The notes beneath the pieces were generated by a model. That model was not told the DNA's origin. It did not search any database and saw only the letters and a program-made list of their open reading frames with translations. The translations under genes were made by a program, and so were the position numbers. From Octopus vulgaris (lineage: Eukaryota): DNA of 64,000 nt. The stretch spans positions 128,030,001 to 128,094,000 of the forward strand of contig OX597817.1 of the NCBI GenBank assembly GCA_951406725.2, in the 5' to 3' direction. Of this stretch, positions 13,087 to 26,547 are shown piece after piece. The first letter of the stretch is position 1; each line of letters starts with the position of its first letter.

Positions 13087-15299
13087 ATATATATACGTAC
13101 ATATTCTCAATGACTTTCACTTTCCTTAATCTCTATCCCTCAATTGATTTCAATGTTTCTCTCTTCCTCTATCTCTCTCTCTCACTTTCATTCTCTCTTC
13201 CATTCTCTCTCCCATTCTCTTTCTCATTCATTTTCTCTCTCTTTAACTCACTCATTCTCCCTCTCACTCACACACTCATTCATTCACTTTCACTTTCACT
13301 TTCACATTTCTCTCTCTCTCTCTCTCTCTCACTCTCTCTCACTCTCTCTCTCCCTCACTCTCCCTCTACTATTTCTCTTGAGGATTAACTTAATACTTGT
13401 TCTTTTGTTCGTTTGTTCTGTCCAAACATATTGACAAATTTTCACCAATCTCATACATTATACATAAGGTCTATCGAATTTTATTTATTTTTGTCTTTGC
13501 TGTCAATGTCACCGTCGTCAATATTGACAGCCTTCCTTCGTTTTGTTCTTCCATTTCTTTTCCCTTCTTTCCTTCTTTCTCCGTTTCTTGTTGCCTTCAT
13601 TTCCTATTTTATTCTTTCTATTTTTTATTTTATTTATACATTTATCCAATTGTTTACATACAATCGTTTCCACACACACATACACACAGACATATATTTC
13701 ACGAACACAAACACATACACACAAATAAACTTATACACACACACACATGCATACATACATACATGCATACATACATACATACATACATGAATACATACAT
13801 ACATATATACATACATACATACATACGTTCATACATACATATAGGCGTATTTCTCTCACTTTTCTTTTTCAGTGACTCCTTAATGTACTTTCATTGCCAA
13901 TATTGGAAATCACCCATCCCCATAGACAAATTATCGGCAACTATTTCAAGTCACACTCATATATGTGTGCGTATGTGTTTGCGTGTTTCGTGTGTGTGCG
14001 CATACATACACCCACACGCTCACAAACACACACATACATATATACATACTCACACACACGCATATGTTCGTATGTATGTATGTATGTATGTATGTATGTA
14101 TACATATATATGTTAGCCTTTACAGCCATGCATACGCTCTTACATATTAAAAAAGATAAATAGATAATACACAGACAAAAGTCAGACTGATAGAAGGCTT
14201 CGTATATGGATAAATAGTTATTTTAAATTCGTAGATACATACTCACGCACTTATTTGCATCATACAGTACATAAGTGTCTTTGTGCGTGTGAGTTGGTGA
14301 GTATTTGTGTGTGTGGGTGTGTGTGCAACATTTCTTTTTCTTTTCCTTTACCGTCTTCTTTAGAATAATGTTTATTTTTTTTTCAATTCCTGTATTCTAC
14401 TAATACTACCACCACAACTATCACCTCCAACTTTTCCTCTTTTTCTACTTCAATTTATCTTCTTTAATGGCTAAATATTTTAGTTTCTGATTTTTCACTT
14501 CACCCTAATCGCACTCATTTTATTTTCGAGAAAAACTAAGACAAAATTAAATATACAAATACATACAAGCATACACGCATACACCCACACGTACACGCAC
14601 ACATATCAAAAAGTACCATTTTCCCCAACATTCATGGCCATGCCTATTTCGTTGGCTGAGGCGAAGCTGAATTGGACGTCTTTGTTTTCTTTTTCATATA
14701 ATCTGCTTTTCTCTATCTGTGTCTTTTCATTCAATTCTTATTTTCTATTTTTCTCTTTCTTCACAGTTAATTTCTTTAAAACGTTACCAGTATTTCGTTT
14801 GCATTCGTTCATCTGGGAAGCCACACTACATAAAATGATTTCTGATATAGAAACACAAGGTCATACAACATTTAGGTTAGTGTGAAGAGAGGCAATTAAA
14901 ACATTGGTACTTGACGCGTATTAATATATTCTTTGTCAGTTTCGAAATATGGAAAGAAAAATTAATCTCAGATTTTTTTTAAATTTGCACTTGGAACGTG
15001 CGAAAGAGTTTCTCGATAAAAACGTTTCTTCCGCATGGAAAACATAACCGATCATACTCTCAATGTATAATCTAAAATGTATATTTAATTATCTAATTTT
15101 TTTTTTTATTGACACGACTTTCGAGAGATCCAAGTATTAAATAAAGGCATTGTGACGTAAAGAAATCGTGAAAATTGTGATTCCTGGTTATACATACCTA
15201 TATGAGTGAGTACCTACGCGCACGTTTATGCATGTGTGTGTGTGTTTGATGGTTGGTGGTAAAAGACTATCAAAGTAGAAGAAACTGCTAATGGAGTGT

Positions 15300-15650
15300 A
15301 TTTTTTAAGGTGGGCCTCAACATACCAGGAAGTGACTCCCACACTTGATTTCATGATCTTCCTCTATAAAACATATAAAACGAGACATGCAGGATCCAGT
15401 TCTGAGATTGCAACGGACTGCTGCTCACCCTGTTATAACTTTGGGCAGCGCCTTCTGTGGCATGTCCGTCATGCATAAACTGGTTCAAGCATTGAGATAA
15501 GTTGTTATCATCTTCTGTTTGTCGCACTTAGTTTGGATCTTCGTCTTCAACCTGCCACCAAGGGTTGCCCTACTAGGAGTTTACAACTCCCGACGGTATC
15601 GATCTCAGAGCCATTGCCTCACGCAAGCCCCCTCCACCATACCAAGGAGC
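15300..15650 (-). mobile_element. RTE-type LINE 5' UTR fragment
   Basis: Minus strand ccttggtatggtggaggggcttgcgtg...ccgtcgggagt...ctcctagtagggcaacccttgg resembles the conserved RTE/BovB-like 5' leader (recalled, not searched). Confidence 0.5.
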
Positions 15651-16362
15651 AATCATCAGAGGGCATATATATGTATAGCAGGTTTAAAGAGGTACATACG
15701 AAAATATATCAAGGCAAGTAGCTATAGGGATTCACAGAAATATTGCAATGTGTTTTGCAATATATGCAGCTTCTTGTAAATTACTGTATAATGGATCATA
15801 CTGTTTCAAGAGTTTCACTGGAAACTAATAATGTTTAGTCAAAATCTGTGTCAACTCGTTCTGTTTCGTATTATCCTTTTCCTGTCCGTATTTTCTTTTT
15901 ATTATGCACTCGTCAGGTCTGTACTCAATTAACTCTAAGTTTTGGACATAGTTTGAAATGAACAATATTAAAAGAGGTGAAATGGTAATGATTTCAAGCT
16001 GACAACGGATGAAGAGATTAAATGTGTAGCTTTTGCCATATTGCTTTGCTTGTGTATATCCTTACTGCGTGCGCTACTTTTCACAATGTGATTTTCACGC
16101 GACGCAGCTAGTAACCTTCAACTATATGCACATATATGCATACATATTTGTGTGTGCGTGCATGTGTGTGTATGTGTGTGTGTCATTGTGTGTGTGCGTG
16201 TGTGAATGTCTGCGAGTGCGTATTGTTTAAGCAGGTCCATACATACTAACATGTACATACACACATACTGCATAATTTTCTTAAGATAATTAATAGAATG
16301 AAAATAGTATTTTGAGAAATAGATATTCATATAAATATATAAAGACCTCTCTAAAATCTATA

Positions 16363-16423
<61 letters not shown>

Positions 16424-16446
16424 GTAGTTGAGTCTATGTCCAATCA

Positions 16447-16510
16447 TAGAGTGACCAATGGTTTCGCATCCACAAAGGCCTTAGCCCCGTGAACGTCTCA
16501 TCAGACTCTA
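16447..16510 (-). ncRNA. Type-I hammerhead ribozyme with intact core
   Basis: tagagt-CTGATGA-gacgttcac ggggctaaggccttt gtggatgc-GAAA-C cattg G-TC-actcta. Stem I is a perfect 6 bp, all conserved core nucleotides are present and the cleavage triplet is GUC. Confidence 0.8.
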
Positions 16511-16794
16511 AAACCGAAGTCAAATGTAACTCTTCAGCTCTAGGAGGCAGGAATCCGTTATGGTCATATCTATCTGATCTATCTACGGCTGAACCTTAGC
16601 GGTCATAGTCGTCGCTATGATATTTTCTCCTAATGTCTTTTCCCAGGCTAAGGGGCGAAACTTTTGTGACTCTGAAATAACCGTTGATGATACAGAAGGG
16701 TTTCTAGCATGACGATTGAACTCAAATGAATAGAATATCACGCGATCCTCTACTAATTCTACCAATATATCTTCTTACGGTATAATTAAAAATC

Positions 16795-16985
16795 TCTTCT
16801 ACTAAAGATAAAAGGTCTGGAATTTGGAGAGGTTAGGTTTAGCTGGTACTTTTGATCGACTCTGAAATTATGACCAGTAAAATTTACCTCGACAGATTTT
16901 GAACTCAGAACGCATAGACCTGGGAGAAATGCCACTAAACATTTTGTCCAGTGTGCCAAAAATTCTGCCAGCTCACTGCCTTTAT
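16795..16985 (-). mobile_element. Degenerate SINE family A copy
   Basis: Reverse complement gives aaggcagtgagctggcagaa...gttctgagttcaaa...gtcgaggt. Confidence 0.6.
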
Positions 16986-17439
16986 TATAATTGTTTCAGA
17001 TTTATGGCAACTGGTAGCTATCGATTCCGAAAAGATGAAAGGATAAATGTTGTAGAGAATGGTTAGCGACACACATTACAGCAGCCACTTCACCACGCAG
17101 GGCTTATTTCTCTGACGGTCCGTCGTTATCCTATTCTGCGGAGGAAATCGGCAGTACTGGGTCCTAGAATACCTGACATCATGAAGGCGACTGGCATACA
17201 CTGATAGCGGCCGGCCAGGTCTCTGTATAAATTCCTTTTTCTCTTCTTTGCGTTACGAGCGGCAACATCCGAGTTTGCAGCCGATGCTACAAGCTTTTAA
17301 TTTGTTTTGTCATTCGCTCTTTCATCATTTATCAAACCACGGTCTATAGACCTATTTTTTTCAGAATTTCCCAATGAACCTCTTCGTCTTCGCCTCCTTC
17401 GACGTGTATCGATGCATAATGATATATGTGGGTGGCCTT

Positions 17440-18330
17440 GTTAAATTACTAATTTCATCATTAGTCTTAAACTGACCTCTATTTTACACGTAATATTTCT
17501 TCTTGGACGATTTGCTTGATTAGCAAATCATTTTGACACCACTTTTCATATCACAATATATATGTTTTCATTGTATTTGTCTAATGATGAGTAGATTAAA
17601 CTAATAGAGGTCTATCAGTGTCAGAGATTTCTTTATTAGCGTCAAATTAACCTTATTTTGGTCACAAACATACATTTTAGGCTTGCTTAGTAAGTCTACT
17701 TATTGCTACTTTTCAAAACACGCTCTATTTATTTTCCATTATCTTTTTCTAATAGACAGATAGATGAATCTAAGGTTCTCTAGTCATGTCACTGATTTCT
17801 TTATTAACTTTCAATTGATCACCTATTTCATTTAGTTATTCTTTGTCAGGGCTATTCAAAAATGGCCGGTATGCTGTCTCTAAGCCTCCATCCTGATCCA
17901 AAAAAAAAAATGATGAAATTGGGTGTTGTCTAGACATTTCACTGATTTCTTTATTAGTTTTACATTGATTCATACTTAAAAATGAAAACTTGTTTCTAAA
18001 GTAGTTGAATTATTTTGACTTTTTCTCACCCCTTTTTAAAACACTTTTTATATTCTATTCCTTTCCTCTCTTCACAGAAACACGGATGTATAGATGGATA
18101 ATACTTCAGATTGTCTTAAACACGTCATTCAAAATACTTTATTAGTTTTAAAATGACCACATATTACACGTAAAATTGCTTTGTACGCCTTTTTAATAAT
18201 ACTCTTTATCTCGCTATTTTCTTCTTAATGTTGGATCGATGAATATATTGGTTGTCTAGGCACATTAGTTTTGTCTTTATTAGTTTAAAATTGCTCCCAT
18301 CGTTTGCATAAAATATTTCTCAGTAATTTG
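17440..18330. repeat. Degenerate tandem repeat, about 6 units of 140-190 bp
   Basis: The core gatttctttattagttttaaaatga or a variant recurs at about 17455, 17632, 17799, 17949, 18137 and 18275. Confidence 0.55.
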
Positions 18331-19386
18331 CTTACGAATAATTCCTCGGTGGCTGTCCACATTTCACAAGCATATACTTAAAGCATTTTATTGTAATTAT
18401 TTTTTTTATTTTTCCTTCATCATTTCAAAACCTCATGTCTTCTCTAACACATTTATTGATACATCAATACATTGCTTAACATTGGCCATAACCGTATCTA
18501 AAACGCTAAGATCCATGCGGAATAGTTTGGTGAAACGGCAGCCGCCGCTTCTGAGAGAAACAATTTGATTTGTTTCGCACCACTTATACATTTTGAATGA
18601 GATAGTACGAATACCTGTTTATGTGCTTGTGTGTACGAGTGAGCTAGAACGTGTGTGCAGATGTGTGTTATTGCTTGATATAGTCTGTTTATCTATTCAG
18701 CAATGAAGTCTCTGCACAGAGAAGCTTACACATAGTTATAAATAAATGTAAGTGTGAATGTATTTGAGTGTGTATGTGTTTGTTCACGTGTTGAGTTGGC
18801 GTGTGTGAATATGTGTGTAAGAATGTACATGTATATCTGTGTTTGTGAGTGAATGTGCATGTGATAATGTTTAAGTGTACGACTGCATAGAGTAAGACAG
18901 AATGACAGCGATAAGGAGATAGAAACAGAGAGAGAAATACGCATGTAATCACTGTAGGGGTCTCACATATACAATATACTGAAATGAAAAACTCCGTTTC
19001 ACTAAAATTATTCATGCAATATGAAGAAAATAGACCCTCTAGAAATGTGTAAAATCTATAAACAGAAGAGCGACATCTTTAATAATAAACAATTGAAATT
19101 TTGCAAAATAAAGAATTGCAGGATACAAGTAAATCTGATCTTTAAGTCCTGCAAACTGCTGAATGTCATGGTCGTATTTCATATCTTATAAACATTCACA
19201 GTAAAGCATATTTCACTAATGGGGAATTTGATTGGTGACTGTTGGTATTGTCACCTACATTTGCATTCGAAGTAGGGAAGGGAGAAAGACAGTTCACCGA
19301 GAAATAAAAGAGAGAGTGAGGTTTCCCTTTAAAGGGAGAAAGAACCGCTTCAAAAGAAATCATTATTATTATTATCATCATCATCA

Positions 19387-19520
<134 letters not shown>

Positions 19521-20712
19521 GCCTTAGAACTGCTTCTAACGCAAAGAGATGTACTACAATATCAGCTGTTCACTACCAATGAACTAAGGTAACACCTCTT
19601 ATTTTTCGAGCACCTTCCAGAGTATTCGAGTGGTTCTAAGTTGTGATGTTTTCTGCAAGTGCTCCACCCTTATTGCAGCCCCTATTTGTTCCATGTACCT
19701 CTCAAGATTTTACTCACTTTTCACCGGGCTCCGACAATTATTGGTACTACTACCACCTTTTTCATCGACCAGAACAGCTTAATCTCCCAAGCTAACCTGT
19801 CATATCTATCGACTTTCCTTTCTTCCTTATCGCATACCCTGTTGTGAGCTAGACATGCTATATCTATGATCCAGCATAGTTTGTTTTCTTTCTCAATTAA
19901 GAGTATGTCCGGCTTCCTATTCTCTATCACACTGAATCATAAAATCCCATAGGATCTTTGCATTATTATTTTCGATGAAGCCTTCGGGTTTATGGTCGTA
20001 CCATTTTTTTTCTGTTAAATCCATACTTGTTGCAAAGTGTCCAATGGACAAGCCTTGCTATATTGTCGTGGCGTCTGTTATATTCCTTATGGGCTAGTGG
20101 CGTACTAGTAATATGCCAAACGGTTTCACCATTTTGTCCACAAATTCTTCACTTATCACTTTCTGATGTGTTGTCTATTCTGTATTTTATGTAATTTGTT
20201 CTTAGTGCCTGCTCTTGGGCAGCACAGATTAGAGCCTCCGTTTCCGGTTTTAAGTCACTTTTAGTCATCCACAGACATCTTTTTTCTCTGTCTGTCTTGA
20301 CTTCAACATCTCTGAGAAATTGTCCATGCATTCTTTTCTTTACCCACTTATTTTCAGTTTCATTCGTTTTCAATTACTTGTACAGTGCTTCATCTTTGCA
20401 ATCTTTCGTCCTGCACAAGCCTATCCTTACTTCTAATAATAGCGGTTCTGTGGCATTTTTTACATACCATAATATGTGGTTTTCTTCTGCTGTAATGCCG
20501 TGTTCGCTCCAATAAGTCCTCTTCCCCCTTTTTTCTTGTTACTTACAGTCTGTCTGTGTCACTTTTTGGGTGGAGTGTCCCACACCTACTTAGCAACTTC
20601 CTTGTCTTTCTTTCGAAGCTGTATGGTTCGTCTACTATCCATACGATTACCCCTGCTCCATATCTAAGGAGTGAAACGGCCCAGGTATTGATAACTTCAA
20701 TCTTATTCCGTC
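19521..20712 (-). mobile_element. 5'-truncated R4/Dong-like RLE non-LTR retrotransposon flanked by (TAA)n on both sides
   Basis: Peptides INTWAVSLLRYGAG, LHPKSDTDRL, ALICAAQEQALRTNYIK, a zinc-knuckle remnant (ICGQNGETVWHI) and the RLE motif RKPDILLIEK...IIDIAC...KVDRY. (TTA)n lies at 19362-19520 and 20713-20774. Confidence 0.85.
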
Positions 20713-20775
<63 letters not shown>

Positions 20776-20824
20776 CGTCATCATCAGCAGCAGCAGCAGC
20801 AGCAGCATTATCATCATCATGATT

Positions 20825-21036
20825 AAGGTGGCGATCTGACAGAATCGTTAGCATGCTGGATGAAATGCTTCGTATTGTTTCGCCTGTCGCTAAGTTCTGA
20901 GTTCAAATTACCCCGAGGTCAATTTGCTTTTCGGTCTTTCAAGGTCGATAACATAAGTACAAGTTGAGTACTGGGGTTGATATAATCGATTATCCCCCTC
21001 CCACAAATATCAGACCTTGTACCCTTAGTAGAAAGG

Positions 21037-21037
<1 letters not shown>
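20825..21037 (+). mobile_element. SINE family A monomer with (ATT)n-terminated tail
   Basis: aaggtggcgatctgacagaatcgttagc head, B-box-like gagttcaaat, and tail ccttgtacccttagtagaaaggatta. Confidence 0.75.
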
Positions 21038-21116
<79 letters not shown>

Positions 21117-21146
21117 CATCATCATCATCATCATCATCATCATTAT

Positions 21147-21198
<52 letters not shown>

Positions 21199-21199
<1 letters not shown>

Positions 21200-21595
21200 A
21201 GGCGGTGAGCTGGCAGAATCGTTAGCACGCTGGTCGAAATGTTTAGCGGTTTTTCTTCTGCCGCTATGTTCTGAGTTCAAATTCCGCCGAGGTCGACTTT
21301 GCCTTTCATCCTTTCAGGGTCGATTAAATAAGTACCAGTTACGCACTGGGGTCGATATAATCGACTTAATCCGTTTGTCCGTCCTTGTTTGCCCTCTCTG
21401 TGGTTAGCCCCTTGTGGGTAGTAAAGAAATAGGTATTTCGCCCGTCGTTACATTCTGCATTCAAATTCCGCCGAGGTCGACTTTACCTTTCATCGTTTCG
21501 AGGTCGATAATTAAAGTAGCAGTGAATCACTAGGATCGATATAATCGCCGAGTCACCACCACACAAATTTGAGGCTTGCGCCTCCAGTAGAAAGA

Positions 21596-21597
<2 letters not shown>
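21199..21597 (+). mobile_element. SINE family A dimer
   Basis: Full head, body and tail-1 (...gtaaagaaatag) are joined to gtatttcg, followed by a second body and tail-2 (cctccagtagaaagaatt). Confidence 0.85.
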
Positions 21598-21654
<57 letters not shown>

Positions 21655-21744
21655 TACTGTTGTTGTTGTTGTTGTTGTTAGTGTTGTTGTTGTTGCTGCT
21701 GCTGTTGTTGTTGTTATTGTTGTTGTTATTACTATCATTATTTC

Positions 21745-21835
<91 letters not shown>

Positions 21836-21837
21836 TT

Positions 21838-23075
21838 GGAATCGTACAGGTTGAATCTTATTCCTGGTAGGATTTATGTGGGTAGTGGATTAATCCTTGC
21901 TGATAATACTTGCAGTAAGAGGCAAACTTACTGGAGGATTTCTACCGGCCATTCTAATCCAGTCTCCTTCCGTTATTTGTCAATATCGTTGCTTATTGCT
22001 TCCAATGCAGCAATTATTATAGGAACGACCGTTATTGTTCTCATGCTCTAAATTCTTCCTCTTTCAAATCGTAAATGATAGTATTCTTGTTTTTTGGTTG
22101 TTTTTTGTCTTGTTTTTTTTGCCTCTTTCTTTACGATCTTGGAATAAAACAGGCATGATAGGTCGATTAATAAGCAATTTCGTTCTTCCTTATCTACAAT
22201 TGTTATGTTCAGTCTATTATTTTCAGCTTCTTGTCCGTTTGAATAGGAAAGTCCCACAAAATCTTACATTTCGCCACTACTCTTTCGACTCTATGATTGT
22301 GCCATGTGTTTCCAGCTTCAAGTCCCCATTTCTGGCAGAGTTTCCACTGTAAAACTTTTACAACCTGGTCGTGCACTCATTTCTTATATTCTTCCTGTAC
22401 CAACGTAGGACATTCTGTCACAATGTGTGCCACTTCCTCGTTCCAAGTTTCACAAGCTCTACATCTTTCTGACACATCCTCTCTCTATATTTTTTTCTGT
22501 TTGTTTTTATCGCTTGATCCAGGGCTGCTACAACTAGGCTCTCTATTTCTTTTTTTCATTACTCCCTTCTTTAATTAAGCCCAAGATTTTATTCCACATA
22601 CGTCTTCAGTGGCTCTCCAAAATTGACCATACAGGGGTTTCTCTTCAATCTGTCTTACATGCTCTCTTTGTATTTCATTCACCTCGTTCTTTATTTACTG
22701 TCTTTAGTAGTTCTTCTGTACTGCTCTGTAAATAATCTACTAGTCTTTTTCTTTTCAGCTGTACACATTCTTCTACTGTTGTTAAGCCTCTTCTATCCTG
22801 GTCTCTCCTCAAGTACAGCCGGTTGATATCAGCTTTCGAATCGTGGGCTACATACATTATCAACAACTTTCTAGTTTTTCTGTCAAGTTTCTTTATATCG
22901 TTTTTGGTCCAGTCTATAATTTCAATTCCATATGTGATTAAGAGTAATGCCCTTAAATTTATTACTTCAATAAAGAATTTTTGAATTCAGCTTTGACTTC
23001 AATAAATTTATGATTCTATTTGTGTACTCCCTACTGGTCATTTGTTTCATTTCTTCATCTCTTTTTTCGTATCAT
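21838..23075 (-). mobile_element. Second, more diverged R4/Dong-like fragment
   Basis: Peptides KADINRLYLRRDQDRRGLTTVEECV and NNRLNITIVDKEERNCLLIDLSC, abutting a (TTA)n tract. Confidence 0.75.
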
Positions 23076-23099
23076 TTTGGTTTGGCTCAGGCTCGGTCT

Positions 23100-23248
23100 T
23101 TTTCCTGATAGGAATTATGTGGATAACGGATTACTTCCAGTAATCTTAGGTATCCGCATGTTTACAGCAGACTATCAACTACTTAGAAACCTTCTGGTAA
23201 TCCTTGCTGTACCCAAGAGACAAACTTCCTGTAGGAGGTCTGCCAGGC
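23100..23248 (-). mobile_element. 3'-terminal fragment of a third R4/Dong-like element
   Basis: LLQEVCLLGTARITRRFL* is the typical RLE-element C-terminus, directly beside (TTA)n. Confidence 0.6.
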
Positions 23249-23305
<57 letters not shown>

Positions 23306-23306
<1 letters not shown>

Positions 23307-23816
23307 GAGTGAGAGAGCAGTGCATGCCATCAAAGTGACACTGGGGTAAAATATACGAAGCCCAGTAAACCCATCATGACTACCCGTCTGATAAGGATAC
23401 ACTAGGCACATGCATCACAACCATATGTGCGCGACATGGTGATCTCATATCAAGACAAACAGCATATGACCTTGCAGGTGGGGCCCAGTTAGAATTTTCT
23501 TCTGGTCGAGTAACCCATCCTGCTCAAAAGGTCTCTGAATAAGGGTCATTTAAGGATGTTGAACGAAACACCCATGTTTCCAGAGGTGAATTATTCAAAC
23601 TCCAAAGAATCCCTCTCAACACATGGCTATGATGCTCCCCCACTACTTCTGCTCGTAATTAGAGATGCACATATCATAGAGTCACTAAGGGACATGCTTA
23701 ACTGGTTAAGGTCAAACAACTGACAAGCAAACCTGTGGTATTGAGCAGAATATTTGCTGTAGCCCATCTTTTATACCAAGACAAAAGAATGTACATGATA
23801 ACACTTCCAATCAGTT
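23306..23816. mobile_element. Non-coding element of about 510 bp bracketed by (TAA)n tracts
   Basis: Complex, higher-GC block with sharp (TTA)n boundaries on both sides and no ORF similarity recognised. Confidence 0.45.
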
Positions 23817-23839
23817 ATTATTATTATTATTATTATTAT

Positions 23840-23913
<74 letters not shown>

Positions 23914-24014
23914 AGGCGGTGTGTTGACAGAATCGTTAGCAACTGAATTCAAATTCCGCCGAAGTCGACTTTGCCTTTCATCCTTTCGGGGTCGATAATT
24001 TAAGGACCAGTCAA

Positions 24015-24080
<66 letters not shown>

Positions 24081-24083
<3 letters not shown>

Positions 24084-24490
24084 CTTGGATTTGCGGTAAG
24101 AAGACTACTTCCAAACCACATGGTTCTGAGTTCAGTCTCATTGTGAGGCACTTTGAGCAAGTGTCTTCTACTATAGTCTCGACCGACCAAAGCCTTGTGA
24201 GTGGATTTAGTAGACGGTAACCGAAAGAAGCCTGTCATATAATATATATGGATATGTATATCTATGTGTGTGTTTTTGTGTCTGTGTTTGTCCCACCGCT
24301 ACTGCTTGACAACCGGTGTTGGTATATTTGTGTCCCCCGTAACTGGCGGTTCGGCAAAAGAGAATGACAGAATAAGTACCAAGTTTTAAAAAAAAGTACT
24401 TGGTCGATTCATTCGACTAAAAAGAATTCAAGGCGATGCCCCAGTATGGCAACAGTCTAGTGACTGAAACAAGTAAGGGGATAAAAGAAT
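24081..24490 (+). mobile_element. tRNA/CORE-type SINE family B
   Basis: tRNA-like head, CORE-like ctttgagcaagtgtcttc, internal microsatellite and tail ccagtatggc..gtgactgaaacaagtaa. Confidence 0.8.
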
Positions 24491-24819
24491 ATTTATATAA
24501 TGAGGGGATGGACTTTGTGGTATTTTGAGGGGTTTTATATCAAATAACCCCGGTGGGGTGGGGTAGTATCTATCTTCGTTTAGTTTTAAATAGTAGATCT
24601 ACTGTCATAACAGCATTTTCTATATTTTACAATTGACCTTCAACGGCGCTTTTCAGTTATGAATTCAACTGAGGCATATTTATATCTGTTAGTTGAGTGT
24701 TTAGTGTCAGTTCATCATGGTCTTTTAACTCATGATAATATATTCGAAGAACCTTAAAGTATTTGTACACTAATATTCAGCTAGAAGATGCATCGTCGGG
24801 CATATAGAAACACTCGAGT

Positions 24820-24876
<57 letters not shown>

Positions 24877-25468
24877 ATACAGGAGAGAGACATACATAAA
24901 TAAGGACAGACAGATAGACAGATAGACTGATAGATAATCTTTCATCTCCTGTTAGGATATAATTATATATGTGTGCTGTTTCAATTAATTCTTACTCCAG
25001 ACGATAAGTGTGTTAAGTCTATGCAGCATGCAGAATAAACTAGATGAAAGAAACAAGCCTTTTTCCGGAGTGGTAGATGGATGGGAAAATAAGATTCGTT
25101 CAATGGTGTACTGCAGATAAAGAAACGTTAGCGATTAGCTTGTCAGCTGCAAGCATCACAAGGCAAACGGGTAAAGCTATGTACAGGTAAGTATATCAAA
25201 AAGAAAAAAGGATTTTAAAAAAGTACATGAGACGTGGAACTGGGGGAGATAGTTCAGTAGTAGTTTGTGCACCAGTGTTTTTATCACCCTAAGAAAATAC
25301 TGCTAGCAGGTAGTATAGTAGATATGCTGGAAGTAAGGTGTTGTAATGAACCGCGGCAAGTCTTTAAACAAGTACGATGTAGAAATATTGAAATGACGAG
25401 AAGAGTTATCGTAGGTGTGGCAACTATCAGCAATACCGAATGCCTTTCCAAAAATTGCAATGTCAATA

Positions 25469-25697
25469 TATTTCTTTACTATCCACAAGGGGCTAAACAT
25501 AGAGGGGACAAACAAGGACAGACAAACGGATTAAGTCGATTACATCGACCCCAGTGCGAAATTGGTACTTTATTTATCGACCCCGAAACGATGAAAGGCA
25601 AAGTCTACCTCGGTGGAATTTGAACTCAGAACGTAACGTCAGACGAACTACCGCTAAGCATTTCGCCCGGCGCGCTAACGTTTCTGCCAGCTCGCCG
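25469..25697 (-). mobile_element. SINE family A, full length with 10-bp TSD
   Basis: TSD aatgtcaata at 25459-25468 and 25698-25707. Confidence 0.9.
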
Positions 25698-26547
25698 AAT
25701 GTCAATAGCAAGCTAAAAAGTAAGGGTTATGCATTTTGTTAGTCTTCGTACTACCTCTCTATCATATCCTTACATTTTAACCTTTCCTTATTTCTATATC
25801 TCACTTTTTACAGGCAGATTCCATAGTGAAATACTTTACCGTTCTTCGATTATATCCACTACGCTACCCGTGAGCGGTAGTATCTAAAAGAACCATTACC
25901 GTTCAAGCCAAGTTCCTTCACGATTACCTCAGTCTCCTTACTACCACTATGTGTGCACTTTTTTTTTGTTTTGTTTTTTTCCTGCTGACTCGTGATTAAA
26001 GCCTGTTTGTATTATAATGTTAACGAATGGCCAACAAATCCACTGCTATCCACCTATCGTACATCACCAACCAGCCATATGATGTTTGTTTGTTTTTTTA
26101 ACAGAGTCTAGGCAAAAGGTCAATACCCGAAACTTTACATACTCTCTGAGACATTTTACATTACGTTTAATCTATTGCAGATCAACAAAAGCAGAAAAAA
26201 ACTTGAAAAGGGACCAAAATCCAGAGGGCCAATATTCAGAGATTAAAGAACTAGACATAGCATTTAGTGCAGAGCCGGAGAGTTTTGACGTAGCAAAAGT
26301 AATGAGAGGTGGAAATACGAGTGAGTTGAGGATTTCTGTGATGTGAAGGTACGAGGAATTGTAGCTCTACGGAACGGAGGTCATTATAGCTGCAATTGAA
26401 ACGACAGCACACCTGTGGTTCTGAGGCTGGGGTGTTCCTGCTATTAAATATTAATCATTGAAACGACCCTTCAGAGTAGATGGTTTAGAATATCTGTGTG
26501 CGCAGTAGCAGCACCATGGAAGATGTGGAAGCAACACTATATTGTGA

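Noticed and set aside
17051-17291. TGTAG...CTACA segment resembling a solo LTR
   Set aside because: No target-site duplication, PBS/PPT or second copy, so it cannot be supported.
25001-25186. Possible exon bounded by ttactccag and gtaagt
   Set aside because: All three frames contain stop codons and no protein similarity was recognised.
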